Positions 19,905 through 30,181 of a DNA stretch of 64,000 nt are shown here, in pieces. The translations under genes were made by a program, and so were the position numbers. How positions within the stretch are numbered: position 1 is the stretch's first letter; each line of letters begins with the position of its first letter. The notes under the pieces are model-generated. The model ran no database searches. It was not told where the DNA came from and worked only from the letters and a program-made list of their open reading frames with translations. Origin of the DNA: Candidatus Bathyarchaeia archaeon (GTDB taxonomy: Archaea > Thermoproteota > Bathyarchaeia > 40CM-2-53-6); NCBI GenBank assembly GCA_049513715.1, contig JBEKVV010000003.1:256001-320000 (forward strand), written 5' to 3'.

Positions 19905-19927
19905 TTCTTACTTGTCACCTCCAAAGA

Positions 19928-20491
19928 TCAGTTGAACTCAACCTCTTGTACGAACGCGCCATGCCAGGAGTGGTACCACACTTGACCCGTGTAGCCGTTG
20001 ACACTCAACATGCCAGCGACTTTTCCGTTGACTGTGAAGTCAAAGGTGTAATATCCGTAGAACTGTGTAGCCATCTCAGTTCTTGCGCCTTGGAAGTGCG
20101 CGTCAAGAAAGGTTTGCGCAAGCTGCTCAGCTTTGTTCTCGTTGACGGTCATGGTTGATGATTTTTGCTTCGCGTAACCCATCATGCCGCTTGCCATCGG
20201 GCTGTACTTTGTGTTCCACATCATGTTAGGGCCAGGTTCAGGCATCATGACCCCGGTGCCAATGCGGTTGCCCATTATGCCACCGCCCATACCCGATTGT
20301 GGAACCTGCTTCCAGATAAGCATCTCAAACGCGCCGATTCCTGTGTCTTTCTCATAGTAGATAACGTAGAAGTTGTTCTGGAATTCCATGATTTCCTTGA
20401 TTGCTAAGTTTGGGTTCTGTGTTGACGCTAAGTATTGCTGAGCGATAGATTTCGCCTGGTCGAGCGAAATTGGAGAACTCGTCTGAACCAC
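19928..20491 (-). CDS. Met-rich protein with two PepSY-like repeats, N-terminus apparently missing
   Basis: SLDQAKSIAQQYL, PEPGPNMMWNTKY, FYGYYT, SVNGYTGQVWYHSWHG. Confidence 0.75.
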   Translation of the reverse strand: MVQTSSPISLDQAKSIAQQYLASTQNPNLAIKEIMEFQNNFYVIYYEKDTGIGAFEMLIWKQVPQSGMGGGIMGNRIGTGVMMPEPGPNMMWNTKYSPMASGMMGYAKQKSSTMTVNENKAEQLAQTFLDAHFQGARTEMATQFYGYYTFDFTVNGKVAGMLSVNGYTGQVWYHSWHGAFVQEVEFN

Positions 20492-20551
20492 AGTCTGCTG
20501 TGCCCATTGCGCTTGCTGGTTCTGCCCCTGCCATACTCGGCGGAGTTGAGT

Positions 20552-20692
20552 TCAGCTGTACTTGGTGGGGTTCTTGTCAAACTCCTGCTTACAGGCCGCC
20601 GAGCAGAAGTAGTACTTTGCACCATCGCGGACACTTGTGTACTTCGCTTGGCTTTCAGAGACGTTCATTCTACAGACCGGATCAACCGCCAT
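20552..20692 (-). CDS. YHS/TRASH metal-binding protein (46 aa)
   Basis: Manual translation MAVDPVCRMNV...YYFCSAACKQEFDKNPTKYS. Confidence 0.9.
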   Translation of the reverse strand: MAVDPVCRMNVSESQAKYTSVRDGAKYYFCSAACKQEFDKNPTKYS

Positions 20693-20831
20693 ATCTCAAT
20701 CACCCGTTATACCTACTTCGTAATAGTATCTAAGACTTCGTTCGACTCGGATATTCCGCTCCGTGGATTTCGAAAGTCACGAGCCGCAACATTAACAACC
20801 AATCACCCAATCATGCTCTTTCCGAATAGCC

Positions 20832-21368
20832 ATGCCTCCTTCGAAAACAGCCAAGACCGTGCCCAAGTCATTCAGAATAGATGAGTCCGCGCTTCGGGCA
20901 GTCGAGGCAGAAGCGGCCTCTCTCAGCGTAAGCCCAAACACGCTTGTGAACCAAATTCTCAAGCAGTACGCTGAATTCGACCGCTTTGCACGCAAAATCA
21001 ATACTGTGAAAATAAGCAGCGCTCCCTTCAGAGGCCTACTCTCAGCGACTAATGTCGACCAACTCATTGAAGTCGCCAAATCCGCGGGCAGCAGCATTCC
21101 CCAAGCATTTGTGACAGCGAAGCACGGAAAGATTGACCTTGGTTCTCTAATCAATCACGTGAGATCTTTGGCAACATATGCCCAACTTTTCGAGTTTAGC
21201 GAAACCTTCGACCCACATGGCCATGTGGTCACGCTCATCCATGATTATGGCTTGAACTGGTCCATATTCCTAGTGCACTACATCAGCGCAATGTTGGAGC
21301 AAATCGGCGTTTCACCAAAACTAGAGATGAGTGACAGGTCTGTGATTTTCACTCTGTCAAATCAATAG
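20832..21368 (+). CDS. Ribbon-helix-helix regulator with C-terminal ligand-binding-like domain
   Basis: SFRIDESALRAVEAEA...SPNTLVNQIL. Confidence 0.7.
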   Translation: MPPSKTAKTVPKSFRIDESALRAVEAEAASLSVSPNTLVNQILKQYAEFDRFARKINTVKISSAPFRGLLSATNVDQLIEVAKSAGSSIPQAFVTAKHGKIDLGSLINHVRSLATYAQLFEFSETFDPHGHVVTLIHDYGLNWSIFLVHYISAMLEQIGVSPKLEMSDRSVIFTLSNQ

Positions 21369-21383
21369 ATGCAATGCACACAG

Positions 21384-22535
21384 CTACTGTGTTTTCGCGA
21401 AGACTTCTCTAGCTGATGCTACGGCTTCCCCGTTCTTCAGTCTGTGTCCTTGCTCCAATAGGACGGATTCGATAGCTGTTGCGGTTGCAAGGATTTCGAA
21501 TTGTGATACGGTTCCCATTACACCGATTCGGAATAGCTGGCCATGGGTTTTCCCCATGCCACCCGCAACCACGAGGCGGAACTTGGAATTCAGTGCTCCT
21601 CTGAATTTCTTGTCGTCTATGCCTTTAGGGTACTTGATCGCTACGACGGTGTTAGAGCGGACTTCTTTGCGTGCGAAGAGCTCCAATCCCATGGCTTCGA
21701 CTGCCGCGTACGTCGCGTCGGCACAGGTTTTGTGCCGTTTAAAGCGAGCTTCAAGCCCTTCTTGGCGGATCATTTGCAGAGCTTCATCAAGAGCGAAGAA
21801 GAGATTCACTGCTGGTGTGTATGGTGTTTCCTTCTTGCCGTCCCAGAATTCCTTGCAAATTTGAAGGTCGAAGTAGTATGAACGCGGAGTCTTCTTGATT
21901 ACCTCCCACGCCTTCGGGCTCACTGATATGATTGCCAACCCCGGTGGGGTCATCAAGCATTTCTGGCTCCCGGTAATGCAAATGTCTACTCCCCACTCGT
22001 CGACGGGAAGCTCAACACCTCCCTGAATTGAAATCGCATCGACCAAGAAGAGCGCGCCGTACTTTCTGCAGAGTTCACCGATTTCTTTCAGGTTTGGGGT
22101 AGTTACACCTGTTGATGTTTCGTTGTAGATTATTGCGACAGCGGTTACAGGGGAATTCTTCTTGAGAGCTTCTTCAACTTGACTGACGGTGACTGCGTTT
22201 CCCCATTCAACAGGAATCTCGATACCTTTCCCGCCCAACAGGTTCACTGCTTCAAGGAAACGTTGGCTGAACACACCGTTAACAGGAACAATGATCTTTG
22301 CGCCTGGATTGCAGATGTTTCGGACTGCGCATTCCACCCCGCCCGTTCCTGAGGCGGAAAGCACGAATAGGTCGTTCTTTGTTCCAAAGACGTACTTGGC
22401 GTTGTCAACTATTCGAGCGTGCAGTTCGTGAAATTCGGGTCCGCGGTGGTTGATGATCGGACGAAGCATAGCGGCGGCTACCCTTGTTGGAATGTTCGTC
22501 GGCCCGGGCAACATTATCAATTGCTTAGTTTCCAT
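21384..22535 (-). CDS. Class V aminotransferase (serine/alanine-glyoxylate type)
   Basis: MLPGP, ASGTGG, NETSTG, GSQKCL. Confidence 0.92.
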   Translation of the reverse strand: METKQLIMLPGPTNIPTRVAAAMLRPIINHRGPEFHELHARIVDNAKYVFGTKNDLFVLSASGTGGVECAVRNICNPGAKIIVPVNGVFSQRFLEAVNLLGGKGIEIPVEWGNAVTVSQVEEALKKNSPVTAVAIIYNETSTGVTTPNLKEIGELCRKYGALFLVDAISIQGGVELPVDEWGVDICITGSQKCLMTPPGLAIISVSPKAWEVIKKTPRSYYFDLQICKEFWDGKKETPYTPAVNLFFALDEALQMIRQEGLEARFKRHKTCADATYAAVEAMGLELFARKEVRSNTVVAIKYPKGIDDKKFRGALNSKFRLVVAGGMGKTHGQLFRIGVMGTVSQFEILATATAIESVLLEQGHRLKNGEAVASAREVFAKTQ

Positions 22536-22725
22536 TTGTGAATCCCCAGTTTTGATGCGTGGAGAAGTTATTCACTGAAAACCTTTTCTCAGTACTCTCT
22601 CATGTGACATTCAAACCCAGAAGATGCGGTAGCCACTTGAAGCGGAAGATGAATCTATTATATGACTACGTGGAGAATAACGTCTGAGCACAGCCACAAT
22701 AGGGTCGCCGCTAGAGTACTGACAG

Positions 22726-23997
22726 GTGTGGTCTCCAGTGTCGGTTAAGCTTGGCAAAATTATGGGGATACCGGTCAGGATACACTACACTCTCTGGTTA
22801 GTTTTCATTCTGATTGCGTGGTCTCTGGCCTACGGGTATATGCCCCACCAGTATCCAGGGCTCAGTGCGATGACTTATTGGGCGATTGGCATCGCGTCCG
22901 CCGTAATACTATTCGCATCGGTGCTAGTCCATGAGCTGTCCCACTCCTACATAGCCAAGAAGAATGGACTCCCCATCGCGAGAATTACGTTGTTCTTCTT
23001 CGGTGGCGTTTCAGAAATGACTGAGGAACCCCAAGACCCAGGATTGGAAGTCAGAATGGCTGCAGCTGGCCCGCTGATGAGCTTCCTAATCGCAGCCGTG
23101 CTGGCCGCGTTTTGGTATCTCCTCAGTCTCGCCAAAGCTCCTGTGGCAATAACGGCTACGCTCGGATATGGTGCACTAATCAACGCAGTACTAGGAGGTT
23201 TCAATCTACTTCCAGCTTTCCCACTCGACGGCGGCAGAGTGTTTCGGGGAACCCTCTGGAAGCGATCGGGTAACCTGATCCGATCCACGAGAAACGCTAC
23301 TAGGGTCAGCGAAGTATTCTCACTACTGATGATGTTTGGTGGTTTCGCCGCGATAATCTTTGGAGACTTTGTTGATGGACTATGGATAGTCGTTTTGGGT
23401 TGGTTCATCAGATCCGGAGCCGAAACCAGTCTGAAACAAACGATTATGGGCGAAGCTCTGGCAGGTGTGATGGTTGGTGAAATCATGACACGAAACGTGC
23501 TCAGCGTTCCATCTGACTTGACTGTGCAGCAGTTGATAACCGACTACTTCCTCGTCCAACCTCACGGAGGCTATCCGGTGATTCAAGATGGACAAATCTT
23601 GGGCCTGTTGACGTTGCAGAGCGTCCGGTCGGTTCCGAAGGAGGCACGAACAACAGAAACGGCTAGGCAAGTAATGCTTCCCTTAGACCCCAAGATCACG
23701 GTCAAGCCAACAGTATCAGCTTTAGATGTCATGCACAAGATGGCACGCGAGAGATTGGGGCGACTTCTCGTAACCGACAACGGGCATTTGCTTGGAATCG
23801 TCACCCGCGGAGACTTGATGCGCTCAATCCAAATGAGGCAGGACCTTAGCTTAGGCTCCATTCTTCAGCGACCTGAACCATGGTCTCCCTCCACCCCAGT
23901 TGCACCGAGACAGGTTAGGTACTGCGTTCAATGTGGAGCTCAACTGACTATCGGAACCGCAACATGCCCATTCTGCAATGCTAAACAGCCCCAGTAA
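22726..23997 (+). CDS. Site-2 (M50) protease with CBS pair and C-terminal Zn ribbon
   Basis: HELSH, NLLPAFPLDGG, CBS pair, CVQC..CPFC. Confidence 0.93.
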   Translation: MWSPVSVKLGKIMGIPVRIHYTLWLVFILIAWSLAYGYMPHQYPGLSAMTYWAIGIASAVILFASVLVHELSHSYIAKKNGLPIARITLFFFGGVSEMTEEPQDPGLEVRMAAAGPLMSFLIAAVLAAFWYLLSLAKAPVAITATLGYGALINAVLGGFNLLPAFPLDGGRVFRGTLWKRSGNLIRSTRNATRVSEVFSLLMMFGGFAAIIFGDFVDGLWIVVLGWFIRSGAETSLKQTIMGEALAGVMVGEIMTRNVLSVPSDLTVQQLITDYFLVQPHGGYPVIQDGQILGLLTLQSVRSVPKEARTTETARQVMLPLDPKITVKPTVSALDVMHKMARERLGRLLVTDNGHLLGIVTRGDLMRSIQMRQDLSLGSILQRPEPWSPSTPVAPRQVRYCVQCGAQLTIGTATCPFCNAKQPQ

Positions 23998-24132
23998 AGC
24001 GCGTCGACTTTGCGATTCTAATTGAGTTGCTAATCTCCCTTTGGTCATCTGGCCGAAGAGAGCCGACACGAAAACACTATCGCAACAGGGATTGTTAAAA
24101 GGCGAAAGCAAGTAGAACCCGTCGATGAACTC

Positions 24133-24927
24133 TTGCGTATACTCAGTTTGCTAACCGATTTCGGCTTGGCAGACCCATTCGTAGCAGAAATGAAAGCGGT
24201 CATTCTAGGCATATGCCCTGAGGTGAGAATTGTCGACATCAGCCATCAAGTCGACAAGTTCAATGTTAGAATGGGTTCATTTCTACTGGCCAGCGCAGCG
24301 CCACATTTCCCAAGTGGAACAATACACGTAGCGGTCGTGGACCCCGGTGTGGGCGGCAATCGTCGCCCAATCCTTGTTGACGGGCAGCGAAGCCTATTTG
24401 TCGGCCCCGACAACGGGTTGCTGATACCCGCAGCCCAATCTGAAGGCATTCTCCACGTCTATGAACTAACAAATAGAACCCTCATGAGTGCTGACGTTTC
24501 GGCGACATTTCACGGCCGGGACGTTTTCGCTCCTGTTGCAGCACATGTGGCGTGCGGAACTGCACCGAAGGATTGTGGGGAAGAGATTTCGGATTATGTG
24601 AAAGCAGCGTTTACTGAGCCTAAGGTCGAACGCGGACGGGCGATTGCCGAGGTCATCTACGTTGACGGATTCGGAAACATTGTGACGAATCTGAAGCCTG
24701 AGCACATCACGAAACTGAACTTAGCCTTTGGTGAACGGATTGCCGTTACCATTGGTAGGCGCAGGATCTCCTGCCGATATGTCAGAACCTATTCGGACCT
24801 AATTGGAAGAGAGTTGGGTTTTCTTGTTAGTAGCCATGGGTTCGTTGAAGTTGTTTGCCTAAAGGGAAATGCCGCAAAGAGGGTTGGCGCTAGAAGTGGG
24901 GTTGGTGTTCGCGTTGTTGGTGCTTAG
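24133..24927 (+). CDS. SAM hydrolase/halogenase family (DUF62)
   Basis: LTDFG, VVDPGVG, GPDNG, TFHGRDVFAP. Confidence 0.93.
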   Translation: MRILSLLTDFGLADPFVAEMKAVILGICPEVRIVDISHQVDKFNVRMGSFLLASAAPHFPSGTIHVAVVDPGVGGNRRPILVDGQRSLFVGPDNGLLIPAAQSEGILHVYELTNRTLMSADVSATFHGRDVFAPVAAHVACGTAPKDCGEEISDYVKAAFTEPKVERGRAIAEVIYVDGFGNIVTNLKPEHITKLNLAFGERIAVTIGRRRISCRYVRTYSDLIGRELGFLVSSHGFVEVVCLKGNAAKRVGARSGVGVRVVGA

Positions 24928-25456
24928 GTTCGTCGCTCAAGGCAAGCTCCCGCAGTCGCTCGTCACCAAATATGCTCTTGATGTAAGCCGCTGTGGAGGG
25001 TGGAACAAGTTGCTCCCAACTCTTGCCTTGGACGACACGTTCTCGAATTTCCGTGGCAGAATAGGTTTCACGATCAAAGAATGGAATGGGTTCCACTCTG
25101 AACCCGGCCTCCTTAAACAACCTAGTCGTAACAGGCTCATTCGAGAACACGACCTCGAATCTCGGCGTCTGTGAGACTAGATGTGAGACCCATAAGTCGT
25201 GAATCCTTAGGTCGCGGATTGGTATGAGGTAGTATTTCGATGCGTCTATTTTCGCTTCGTCTAGCGCCAAGCGAATCATTGTAATTCGCTCGCCAGCGGT
25301 GAAGGGGTTGTGTAGGGTATGGCTGAACTGAGCACTCCCAATTGCAATGATGACCTCCGAGATTTTCTCGAGAATATGTTGAGTAGAATGCAGATGGCCT
25401 AAGTGAAAGGGCTGATAGCGCCCAATCATTAAGCCACGGTGCTTGTTTCGGTCCAA
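24890..25456 (-). CDS. nadM: Nicotinamide-nucleotide adenylyltransferase
   Basis: GRYQPFHLGH, NPFTAGER, SATEIR. Confidence 0.94.
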   Translation of the reverse strand: MDRNKHRGLMIGRYQPFHLGHLHSTQHILEKISEVIIAIGSAQFSHTLHNPFTAGERITMIRLALDEAKIDASKYYLIPIRDLRIHDLWVSHLVSQTPRFEVVFSNEPVTTRLFKEAGFRVEPIPFFDRETYSATEIRERVVQGKSWEQLVPPSTAAYIKSIFGDERLRELALSDEPKHQQREHQPHF

Positions 25457-25623
25457 AGGAGGATACCCTGAACGTGCCTTCTCGTTGCGAGGGCTTTGTT
25501 AAGCCCACTATTAAGTGGCGTCCACGACCGCCGTTGAATGTTGGCTAGGCCTTGGCAAATCCTGGGACCGCAATGCCCTATTCTACAACTGCAGTTTGCT
25601 ATACCGTTTCTTTCGGGACTGCA

Positions 25624-26193
25624 TTAGCTGGGAACCCACAGAGAAGTCGTTGAGACTTTCTTCCCTTGAAACTCGACGCCTTCATGTTCTAGAAGCCGGT
25701 GTTTCATGTAAGCTCCCTCTGAGGGCTTTCGGCCGGGCATTCCATAGTTTAAGATCTCGAGAGTGGACGTGACAACCCGGTGGCAGGGAATGACTAGTGA
25801 GAACGGGTTCGTGGCAACCGCGGTGCCAATTGCCCGAGCGGCTTGAGGCCTGCCCAGCTTCTTCGCCAGCGCTCCATACGTCGTGACCTTTCCCCGTGGG
25901 ATTTGATGGAGAAGGAGATACACCATTTTCCGGAAATCTGAAACATTTGAAAAGTTCACTGAATCCAGTCCGACGCTGCCTTCACCCCTGTATAGCTTGT
26001 AGAGTTGCTCAAGCTGGGATAGGTTCGGTGAGCTTTCTCTTGTGATGCCGGTCTTCGGGAATGAACTGCTTACAGCTTTTTCTGCCTTGGCTTGGCTCTC
26101 GTCTGAAAAGGCGCAGGCAACTAATCGATTGTTCTCGTTCAATGCAGCGGCGAACCAGACGCCATCGAACTCATGGGATGAAACGCGAAACAA
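25624..26193 (-). CDS. ogt: O6-methylguanine-DNA methyltransferase
   Basis: IPRGKVTTYG, PCHRV. Confidence 0.93.
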   Translation of the reverse strand: MFRVSSHEFDGVWFAAALNENNRLVACAFSDESQAKAEKAVSSSFPKTGITRESSPNLSQLEQLYKLYRGEGSVGLDSVNFSNVSDFRKMVYLLLHQIPRGKVTTYGALAKKLGRPQAARAIGTAVATNPFSLVIPCHRVVTSTLEILNYGMPGRKPSEGAYMKHRLLEHEGVEFQGKKVSTTSLWVPS

Positions 26194-26323
26194 GTTTACC
26201 CAAAACCAATATACTTTGAGATGGTTACCGATAATAAAGTCTAAGGTATGAAAGGGGCGCGCGGCTGCATTAGTTTCATATGCCTCTCTGGCTGATTAGA
26301 TTGACCTGTAATTCCGTGTTGTT

Positions 26324-27652
26324 TTGGTGGACTTGAGCTCGCTGCAAGACCTCGAATGGATTCAGAGGCGCACTGGTCTAGACCCGGTTAAAAATGCTGA
26401 GAGCCTAGCATTCATTCAGACCACTTCATCAACAATGTGTATGGAGTGCCGCGGTGGCCGCATGCTCTGCGGTAAAAGCAGCTGCCCAATCCTTGCGAAA
26501 GCGAAATCTCTTGTAACTCACCTTCCAGACCTACGTTCAGACCAGATTGACGGGTCCAGCCCGCCCGGCGCCTTCGTTGGGCATATTGGGTACCCGAAGG
26601 TGTACTTGGGCCCGCTGATTCCGGCAACGAAAGGGGATACGCAAATCCTAGACATGCCTGAACTCTGGCTTGGAAAGAGCATTCAGACCATTATTGATTA
26701 TAGGTTCAGTTTGATTCGCGGAAAATCATTAGTTGAGGTTCATGACGCCGCTGACCCATCCAAATACTTACTCGATATCCACGACCTTGCGCTGTCTTCC
26801 GCCTCGGTAGATGTGGATGCCAAGTTCAGAAAGAAGCCTCGAATGGCTGTGTCGCTAAGTGAGGACACCCAGCCCTTCGGCCCCTCCGCACTGATCGAGA
26901 ATATGCGAATCTCCCCCAGCACTGGGGAGCGCAAGATTGAGGCTGTGTACTATGATGCGGATGAGTTGGCTGCGGATGGAATGTACGACATGTACCATGA
27001 TGGGGTGGAGGTATCGCGGATTCAACGCATCCTCAGCCTAGGCATGCTCGGAGTCCAAGACCAACGAAAAATCGTCCCGACACGTTGGAGCATCACAGCC
27101 GTAGATGATACCCTGTCGAAGCATCTCTTGGAATCTGTAAGGCGATACCCGCCAATAGACAAGTTCCAAGTGTACAAATACCACTATCTTGACAACGTTT
27201 ACGTTGCGATCCTCTCACCGCGGAACTGGGAGTACGAATGCATCGAGGCATGGTTCCCCGGAACAACCTGGAACGAAACCGGAACCATACCAGCCATGAT
27301 GGGCGATCATGAACCCTACGAGGGCCGAACCAAATATGCGTCCATTGGCGGATGCTACTACTCAACAAGGTTGGCTGTTAACGAGGCGCTTCAAAAAATG
27401 CAACGACAAGCGGCCGCTCTGGTCCTCCGCGAGATCAGACCTGGTTACATTTTGCCGGTGGGCGTTTGGAACGTAAGAGAGAGTGTCCGCGCAGCATTCA
27501 GGATGAAGCCATCGGTTTTTGACACATTCGAGCAGGCGTTTCAATTCTCGTGTAAGGAATTTCTGATACGGCCGGAGACCTGGGCCAAGAACAGTAGGCT
27601 GATCCGAAACGAGATGTATCAGCGTCGGTTAAGCCAGTATTTCACTAACTGA
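26324..27652 (+). CDS. nreA: NreA DNA repair protein
   Basis: CxxCxG..LCG...CP, VPTRWSITAVD, C-terminal PIP box QRRLSQYF. Confidence 0.92.
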   Translation: MVDLSSLQDLEWIQRRTGLDPVKNAESLAFIQTTSSTMCMECRGGRMLCGKSSCPILAKAKSLVTHLPDLRSDQIDGSSPPGAFVGHIGYPKVYLGPLIPATKGDTQILDMPELWLGKSIQTIIDYRFSLIRGKSLVEVHDAADPSKYLLDIHDLALSSASVDVDAKFRKKPRMAVSLSEDTQPFGPSALIENMRISPSTGERKIEAVYYDADELAADGMYDMYHDGVEVSRIQRILSLGMLGVQDQRKIVPTRWSITAVDDTLSKHLLESVRRYPPIDKFQVYKYHYLDNVYVAILSPRNWEYECIEAWFPGTTWNETGTIPAMMGDHEPYEGRTKYASIGGCYYSTRLAVNEALQKMQRQAAALVLREIRPGYILPVGVWNVRESVRAAFRMKPSVFDTFEQAFQFSCKEFLIRPETWAKNSRLIRNEMYQRRLSQYFTN

Positions 27653-27685
27653 AACTCGCACAGCGCGGGCCAATGCACGTATCAG

Positions 27686-28126
27686 TCAGAGAGACCCAAC
27701 GTACGCGTAGAGCTTAGTAACACCGATCTCCTTTAGTGTAGTGAATCTGCAGTAGCCGTCAAGAACTTGCATGTCCTCTTTTCTTAAGATAATTGGCCAT
27801 ATGACGATTCCATATTTCTCGATGGACTTTCGCATCTCCATCCTACGCTGCTTGAGCCGTTCGGGGAAGTTATAACCTGTCTTTGGATTAACGAAATTCA
27901 TCATTGTGGGATCCGTTTTGGGTTCGTCAATGCGCACGATTTCCAGTTTCCACTTTCGTTGATGCAGGGTCGACAGCCAAGGTTCTCTCGCCGGGTCGTC
28001 GGGCATGTCCCTAATGTCCTGTTCCCACTCCCTTCGAACCTGAGTGGTGATGAATTCACGAATTGCTTCAGGGTTCTCGATGACCCAGTAGGCAATTCCA
28101 TTAAGGGAACGAACTGGCGTGTTCAA
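27686..28126 (-). CDS. Hypothetical protein with ParB/Srx-like C-terminal motif
   Basis: SIEKYGIVIWPIILR...VLDGYCR. Confidence 0.6.
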   Translation of the reverse strand: MNTPVRSLNGIAYWVIENPEAIREFITTQVRREWEQDIRDMPDDPAREPWLSTLHQRKWKLEIVRIDEPKTDPTMMNFVNPKTGYNFPERLKQRRMEMRKSIEKYGIVIWPIILRKEDMQVLDGYCRFTTLKEIGVTKLYAYVGSL

Positions 28127-28150
28127 TTACATGATCCCGCAGAATAGTGG

Positions 28151-28780
28151 CTACCAATTGTTCTCGTGGATGAAATTCTCAATTGGTGACCGTTTGGGTT
28201 CACTGAACCTGCCGATAGGATAGCCAATGTAAACAAGAATCCCCGGTTTCACATATTCCGGTAGATGGAGAACTTCTTTCAGTTCGGCCATTTGGAATAG
28301 AGGGAAAATGGAGACGGCTGTGCCCAGGCCGAGAGCTCTGGCGGCTAGGAGGAGGTTTTGAACGGCGGGAAAGACGGAGGCCCAGTTTGACTGCTCCTCC
28401 AACCACGCCCATTCATCGGAAAGCCGTTTCGCGCGCTTCGCGTTCAAACAGGCCAATATTAACACGGGAACATTATCCGTGTTCAATGCCAGCCATGCAA
28501 CTGGATTGCCAGGGTCAAGGAATTCGGCAACTGCCTCCTTGGGAATCCGTAGGTTCGATTTGGCATAAACTTCAAGCCCCTTCACAGTTAGGTTTCGAAG
28601 CTGTTGTTTGATGAGGTGGTCTTTGACCACGATGAACTCCCAAGGTTGTGAGTTTCCACCCGAAGGCGCCTTGCCAGCCGCCTCCAATATCGTTTGAACC
28701 TTCTCAGGTTCCACGGGGTCAGGTTTGAGCCGCCGCATGCTTCGCAGGGTTTTGATAGCTTCCAATGTGGAGATTTCCAT
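28151..28780 (-). CDS. Nitroreductase family protein
   Basis: RSMR, APSGGNSQPWEF, QNLLLAARALGLG. Confidence 0.92.
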   Translation of the reverse strand: MEISTLEAIKTLRSMRRLKPDPVEPEKVQTILEAAGKAPSGGNSQPWEFIVVKDHLIKQQLRNLTVKGLEVYAKSNLRIPKEAVAEFLDPGNPVAWLALNTDNVPVLILACLNAKRAKRLSDEWAWLEEQSNWASVFPAVQNLLLAARALGLGTAVSIFPLFQMAELKEVLHLPEYVKPGILVYIGYPIGRFSEPKRSPIENFIHENNW

Positions 28781-28906
28781 CTTTCAACCGACCGAGTACA
28801 GGTAGAGCTTGGGAAACGGTCTCGTTGACCTTATGATTTGTGCACATGGGACCTGAAAAGCGAGGAGATCCGATTATGCGGCCTAGGTTAGATGACCTGG
28901 AAGTTC

Positions 28907-30010
28907 TTATGAAATGGTGTACTTCGCTACGACCTCGTCTTTCAAGGTCACGCCGAGGCCGGGGGTGTCGTTCGGTTTGACTTTCGAGCCTTCCCACGCA
29001 AGGCCATCCACCACGTCTTCTAGGATGAATTCGGTTGGTGGTGCAACATCCAAGTACTTCAGCCCTGGGCAGGCGGTTGCAAGGTGAATGCTGGCCGCGG
29101 CGCTGATTCCGGTCTCCACAGTGCTCCCAATCATACAGGGGACGCCCGCGGTCTGGAGAACCTTAGCGATTTGCATTGCTCGGTGAAGCCCGCCGCTTTT
29201 GAGGTGCTTGATGTTGACCATATCTGCGGCTTTCAGGTGAATGACGGCGGAGGCATCGGACGGAGACCAAACGGCTTCATCGGCCATGATTGGGGCGTCT
29301 ACTGCAATCGCGATCCTCGCCAAACCTACCCTATCATCCCACGGGACTGGTTGTTCGCATGCGGCGAAGTCGCTGCCGAACTCAAGGAGTATTTTGATGG
29401 ATTCCTCAACTATCCAAGCTTGATTCGGGTCAATGATGAGTTCCATGTTCGGCCCAATGATTCGCCTTACCGCTGCGATGCGCTCCATGTCAGAAGGCCA
29501 GTTTCGCGCGACTTTGATCTTGTAACTGGTGCACCCACCGTGTACATGACGCTCAGCTTCTTCCGAAGCGTCCCGGACGGAACCGAGGTCACTAAAACCA
29601 AGGCTCGTAAGGGCTTCCCTCTGTTTCTGGCCAAGAATCGAATGAACCGGAACACCCTTCAACTTGCCCAATGCGTCATGGGCGGCAATATCAATTCCGG
29701 CCTTCGCTGAAGGGTTGGAAATCAACACCTCATCCATACGCACACAAATCCTATCCATATCAACGGCCTCCGAGAATTCATAGCCCGTCAGCGCGGGTGC
29801 CAAGTAGTCTCGAATTACTGCTAGGACGGAGGCTTGTGTTTCTCCAGTTATGTGGGGTTTGGGATCGCACTCCCCGATTCCGACAATGTCGCTATCAGTG
29901 TGTAACTTGACCAAGACGGGTCGAGTGTCTTTCTGGATAGCTCTAGAAGTGGCAAACGGAATTCTAAGTGGTATTTTTAGCGGAATGATTTCAACGCGAG
30001 TGATCTTCAA
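28907..30010 (-). CDS. Enolase-superfamily dipeptide epimerase/muconate lactonizing-like enzyme
   Basis: YKIK, DPNQ, EQP, ADE, NIKHLK. Confidence 0.88.
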   Translation of the reverse strand: MKITRVEIIPLKIPLRIPFATSRAIQKDTRPVLVKLHTDSDIVGIGECDPKPHITGETQASVLAVIRDYLAPALTGYEFSEAVDMDRICVRMDEVLISNPSAKAGIDIAAHDALGKLKGVPVHSILGQKQREALTSLGFSDLGSVRDASEEAERHVHGGCTSYKIKVARNWPSDMERIAAVRRIIGPNMELIIDPNQAWIVEESIKILLEFGSDFAACEQPVPWDDRVGLARIAIAVDAPIMADEAVWSPSDASAVIHLKAADMVNIKHLKSGGLHRAMQIAKVLQTAGVPCMIGSTVETGISAAASIHLATACPGLKYLDVAPPTEFILEDVVDGLAWEGSKVKPNDTPGLGVTLKDEVVAKYTIS

Positions 30011-30181
30011 ATCTTCGGACGCCCAATATGTCCTGACATTTGCTCAGTATATCTAATATGGTGTCGCATCTACTGCGGCCGAGGATTTCATGCGTCGCAA
30101 TTTTCGCTACAGTGGTCATCATTTTGCGTTGCAGTTTCGTGCTCTTAAGGCCAAACAATTCTCGAGCTACGAGAAAGGTAA

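Noticed and set aside
20552..20554. Selenocysteine recoding of the YHS TGA
   Set aside because: The stop falls at the normal YHS C-terminus, not a Cys-equivalent site; no SECIS recognised
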